Notes under the pieces: generated by a model
The model's input: the letters and a program-made list of their open reading frames with translations, nothing else
What the model was told of the DNA's origin: nothing
Databases searched by the model: none
In this document: positions 61,381 to 64,000 of the stretch, in pieces
Numbering within the stretch: the first letter of the stretch is position 1
How the letters are laid out: each line of letters begins with the position of its first letter
Program-made: the position numbers and the translations under genes
From: an uncultured Pirellulaceae bacterium
Lineage (GTDB): Bacteria > Planctomycetota > Planctomycetia > Pirellulales > Pirellulaceae
Direction of reading: 5' to 3'
Length of the DNA stretch: 64,000 nucleotides
Assembly (NCBI GenBank): GCA_964446085.1
Contig: CAYUNP010000002.1
Coordinates: 3,266 to 67,265 of the forward strand

Positions 61381-62133
61381 ATGGCAGACAGTTATTGGTA
61401 TATCAAGAATTGTGACTTGTTTTCGCAGGTTTCCGCAGAAGATGTTGCTTGGTTGGAATCCAAGTCAAAAATGAGGAAGTTGAAGCGGGGTGAGGCTGTT
61501 TATCTCCCCGACGACGCTGCCGACGACATCCTTCTGGTTGCATCAGGACGGGTAAAAATCTGTCATGCAACGCCGGAAGGAAAACGGGCAATCATCGGTT
61601 TTATTGATCCCGGTGAGATCTTTGGCGAGCTTTCTTTGCTCGACAGCAGTGCTCCACGAGATGGCGTTGCTGAGGCCGCTGAGAAATCAGTTGTCGTTGC
61701 GATTCCAAAAAATGAGCTTTTGGCGATCGTTCAGAAGTACCCATCGATCGTGCTTGGCGTGACCAAGTTGATCGGGATGCGGCGACAAAGAGTTGAACGA
61801 CGGCTGAGAAACCTGTTGTTTCGCTCCAATCGTGACCGCGTGATTCATCTTTTGCTGGAGCTTTCCGAGAAGTACGGGCGCCGTACTGAGACTGGAATCG
61901 AGCTTCAAATTCGCCTTTCACATCAAGAAATGGCGAGCATTATTGGAAGTACTCGGGAAACGGTTACCGTTGTCCTGGGACAACTTCAGGGTGAGGGTTT
62001 ACTCTCGATTGCCCGCCGCCGCATTTTCCTGAATTCATTGGAAAAGCTTGCTGGAGAAGTCAACGAACCAACTCCAAAGCTTGAAGTTCCCCAGCCAACC
62101 AACACTTATCCGCCCATGAAAGTCATGGCGTAA
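61381..62133 (+). CDS. Crp/Fnr family transcriptional regulator
   Basis: cNMP-binding fold (GEIFGELSLL..R) and HTH LSHQEMASIIGSTRETVT. Confidence 0.93.
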   Translation: MADSYWYIKNCDLFSQVSAEDVAWLESKSKMRKLKRGEAVYLPDDAADDILLVASGRVKICHATPEGKRAIIGFIDPGEIFGELSLLDSSAPRDGVAEAAEKSVVVAIPKNELLAIVQKYPSIVLGVTKLIGMRRQRVERRLRNLLFRSNRDRVIHLLLELSEKYGRRTETGIELQIRLSHQEMASIIGSTRETVTVVLGQLQGEGLLSIARRRIFLNSLEKLAGEVNEPTPKLEVPQPTNTYPPMKVMA

Positions 62134-62164
62134 GCGGTGGTTATGATCTCTCATTAGCCAAATA

Positions 62165-62187
62165 TCCCGGGACGAATGGTCCCGGGA
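62165..62187. other. GC-rich hairpin after the crp/fnr gene
   Basis: TCCCGGGAC-GAATG-GTCCCGGGA, 9-bp stem. No clear U-tract, so a terminator role is uncertain. Confidence 0.4.
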
Positions 62188-62401
62188 CAGAGCCATTCCC
62201 GTTTTTATCGAGGAATTGCCGTGAATTGGCTCACGTTCAGGAAAAATTAGCGTTACCCATCCCACTGTAGGGCGCTTTTTCCTGAATCAGGTTTTGCCTT
62301 TTGGACGAGATAACGCAATATATAAGCGGGCAGCAGGATTGCTGCCTGGAAACCACCTCCGGTATTTCAAGTCCGCTATGATTCCTGAATTGAGAATTGA
62401 A

Positions 62402-62749
62402 ATGAATTGGCAACCTTGCTCTCAGGGCACTATCTCATCCGCGTCAGCCTTGGTCCGCTCAAGAAAGAGTGTTGAAACAAGACGTAGTTTTCTGAAATCT
62501 GCTTCTGCTGCAGCTGTTGTTGTAGCTGGTGGAGGTTTCGCAGCTTGGACGTTGAGCGGTGGAGACAAGCTCAATACTCTCTACAACAACCCCAACTATC
62601 CTGGCGGCATCGCTTGCTCGGAGATCATCCGAATTTTGCCAGAGTACATTGACGAGTCGATCAAGGACGCTGAGATCGTTGAGAACATGAGTGTTCACCT
62701 TGCCGCCTGTGATTACTGCCGCAACAAGCACGACATGCTAAAAGCGTAG
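62402..62749 (+). CDS. Small membrane-anchored or Tat-type protein with C-terminal zf-HC2-like zinc finger
   Basis: TRRSFLK followed by a hydrophobic helix, then C..I...LPEYID...HLAACDYC. Start uncertain (62380 or 62402). Confidence 0.65.
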   Translation: MNWQPCSQGTISSASALVRSRKSVETRRSFLKSASAAAVVVAGGGFAAWTLSGGDKLNTLYNNPNYPGGIACSEIIRILPEYIDESIKDAEIVENMSVHLAACDYCRNKHDMLKA

Positions 62750-62841
62750 GCTTCAATTTTAGTTCTGCGTCGCATAAGATTTTGTTTTTGCTGCGGTTGG
62801 CTTGAGTCCAACTCAGCACTGCTTCAGCGGCGTTTCAGACT

Positions 62842-64000
62842 ATGCCTACATCCAGATCGATCAGGCCAGCAACAGGCCCGGTTAGCGGATCCATTAAGCC
62901 GCCGGGTTCCAAAAGCATCACGAATCGCGCGTTGATTTGCGCGGCTCTCTCAGATGGTTCGTCGACGCTTCGTGGCGTTCTCGACAGCGACGACACGCAA
63001 GCCATGCTTTCTTCTCTCGCCCGGCTTGGCTTCGAAGTCACGCACGATTCAGGCAACTGCATTGCCGTCGTCCAAGGTCAAGGCGGCTTAATCCCAAACT
63101 CAAATGCCAGATTGGAAATTGGCAACAGTGGAACTTCGATTCGTTTTCTTGCCGCCATGCTGGGGCTTGCCGGTGGCGACTATCACATCGATGGCGTCGA
63201 GCGCATGAGACAACGTCCGATCGGTCCGCTGGTTAAGGCGCTACAACAGTTCGGCGCCAACATCGAGGCCGTTTCGCCAGGAGATTGTCCGCCCGTCATA
63301 ATCAAACCCGGCGGTTCCCAAGCAACAACGATCTCCGTCGCCGGCAGCCTTTCCAGTCAGTATCTGAGCGGTCTGTTGATGGCGGCTCCTCAACTTGAAA
63401 ACACACTAAAAATCAGTATCGACGGAAAGCTCGTTTCGCTTCCCTACGTCGCCATGACCACTGCCGTTATGAAATCATTCGGCGCCAATGTCGAAGTCGA
63501 GTCTGAGGCAGGGATTCCAACCTCATTTTCAATCGCTGCCGACCAGAGATACTCGGCCTGCGACTACTCAATCGAGCCAGATGCTTCTGCAGCGAGTTAC
63601 TTCTTTGCGATTCCGGCGATTGTCGGTGGTAGCGCCACAGTCCTGGGGCTAGGTGAGGGTTCGCTTCAGGGGGATGTGAACTTCGTTCGATGCCTGGAAC
63701 AGATGGGATGCGATGTGAAAATGAAAGCCGATTCCATTACCGTCTCTGGCAAGGCAAAACGTGGCATCGACATCGACATGGCCAACATCAGCGACACGGT
63801 GCAGACGCTCGCGTCAGTAGCACTGTTTGTCGACGGCCCAACCAACATCAGAAATGTCGCCCATAACCGGGTCAAGGAAACCGATCGCGTCGGCAATCTG
63901 GTCATCGAGTTGCGAAAACTCGGCGTCAGGGTTGAAGAGCGGGAAGATGGATTGACGATTCATCCCGGAACGATGAACCCCACAACGTTTGCCACCTACG
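62842..64000 (+). CDS. aroA: 3-phosphoshikimate 1-carboxyvinyltransferase (runs off the right edge)
   Basis: Manual translation: PGSKSITNRAL, GNSGTSIRF, RMRQRPIGPL, SSQYLSGLLM, EPDASAASYF, KETDR. Confidence 0.95.
   Translation, partial: MPTSRSIRPATGPVSGSIKPPGSKSITNRALICAALSDGSSTLRGVLDSDDTQAMLSSLARLGFEVTHDSGNCIAVVQGQGGLIPNSNARLEIGNSGTSIRFLAAMLGLAGGDYHIDGVERMRQRPIGPLVKALQQFGANIEAVSPGDCPPVIIKPGGSQATTISVAGSLSSQYLSGLLMAAPQLENTLKISIDGKLVSLPYVAMTTAVMKSFGANVEVESEAGIPTSFSIAADQRYSACDYSIEPDASAASYFFAIPAIVGGSATVLGLGEGSLQGDVNFVRCLEQMGCDVKMKADSITVSGKAKRGIDIDMANISDTVQTLASVALFVDGPTNIRNVAHNRVKETDRVGNLVIELRKLGVRVEEREDGLTIHPGTMNPTTFATY

Noticed and set aside
1-64000. CRISPR arrays, rRNA genes, IS transposases, prophage
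   Set aside because: No repeat-spacer arrays, rRNA sequence, transposase or phage structural genes were recognised.

Overview
This 64-kb bacterial chromosome window is inferred to be from a marine planctomycete (Pirellulales-like), based on lineage-typical lipoproteins, LEPRxLL/cadherin and lipidated TolC proteins, and REP-like palindromes. Housekeeping genes include tkt (partial), gltBD, a nagB-LmbE fusion, aroA (partial) and tRNA-Ser(CGA). Four accessory features stand out. (1) A ~20-kb minus-strand biosynthetic cluster next to the tRNA: MFP-RND exporter, cyanobacterial-type phenylalanine ammonia-lyase, acyl-AMP ligase-ACP loading protein, a type I PKS (KS-AT-DH-KR-ACP-KS[Cys->Ser]-truncated AT, no TE) and two tandem flavin-dependent halogenase-like enzymes. 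(2) A thioredoxin-like lipoprotein that the ORF track splits in two: an in-frame TGA sits at the first position of a UxxC motif and is followed by a SECIS-like hairpin, so it is a probable selenoprotein. (3) A coupled operon encoding a cadherin adhesin, a hybrid histidine kinase and a REC-GGDEF-REC-HD-GYP protein. (4) An AEP-primase-like/HAD-phosphatase fusion. All calls come from motif reading by eye; no database searches were run. Start codons were adjusted where a downstream ATG/GTG with an RBS or signal peptide fitted better.
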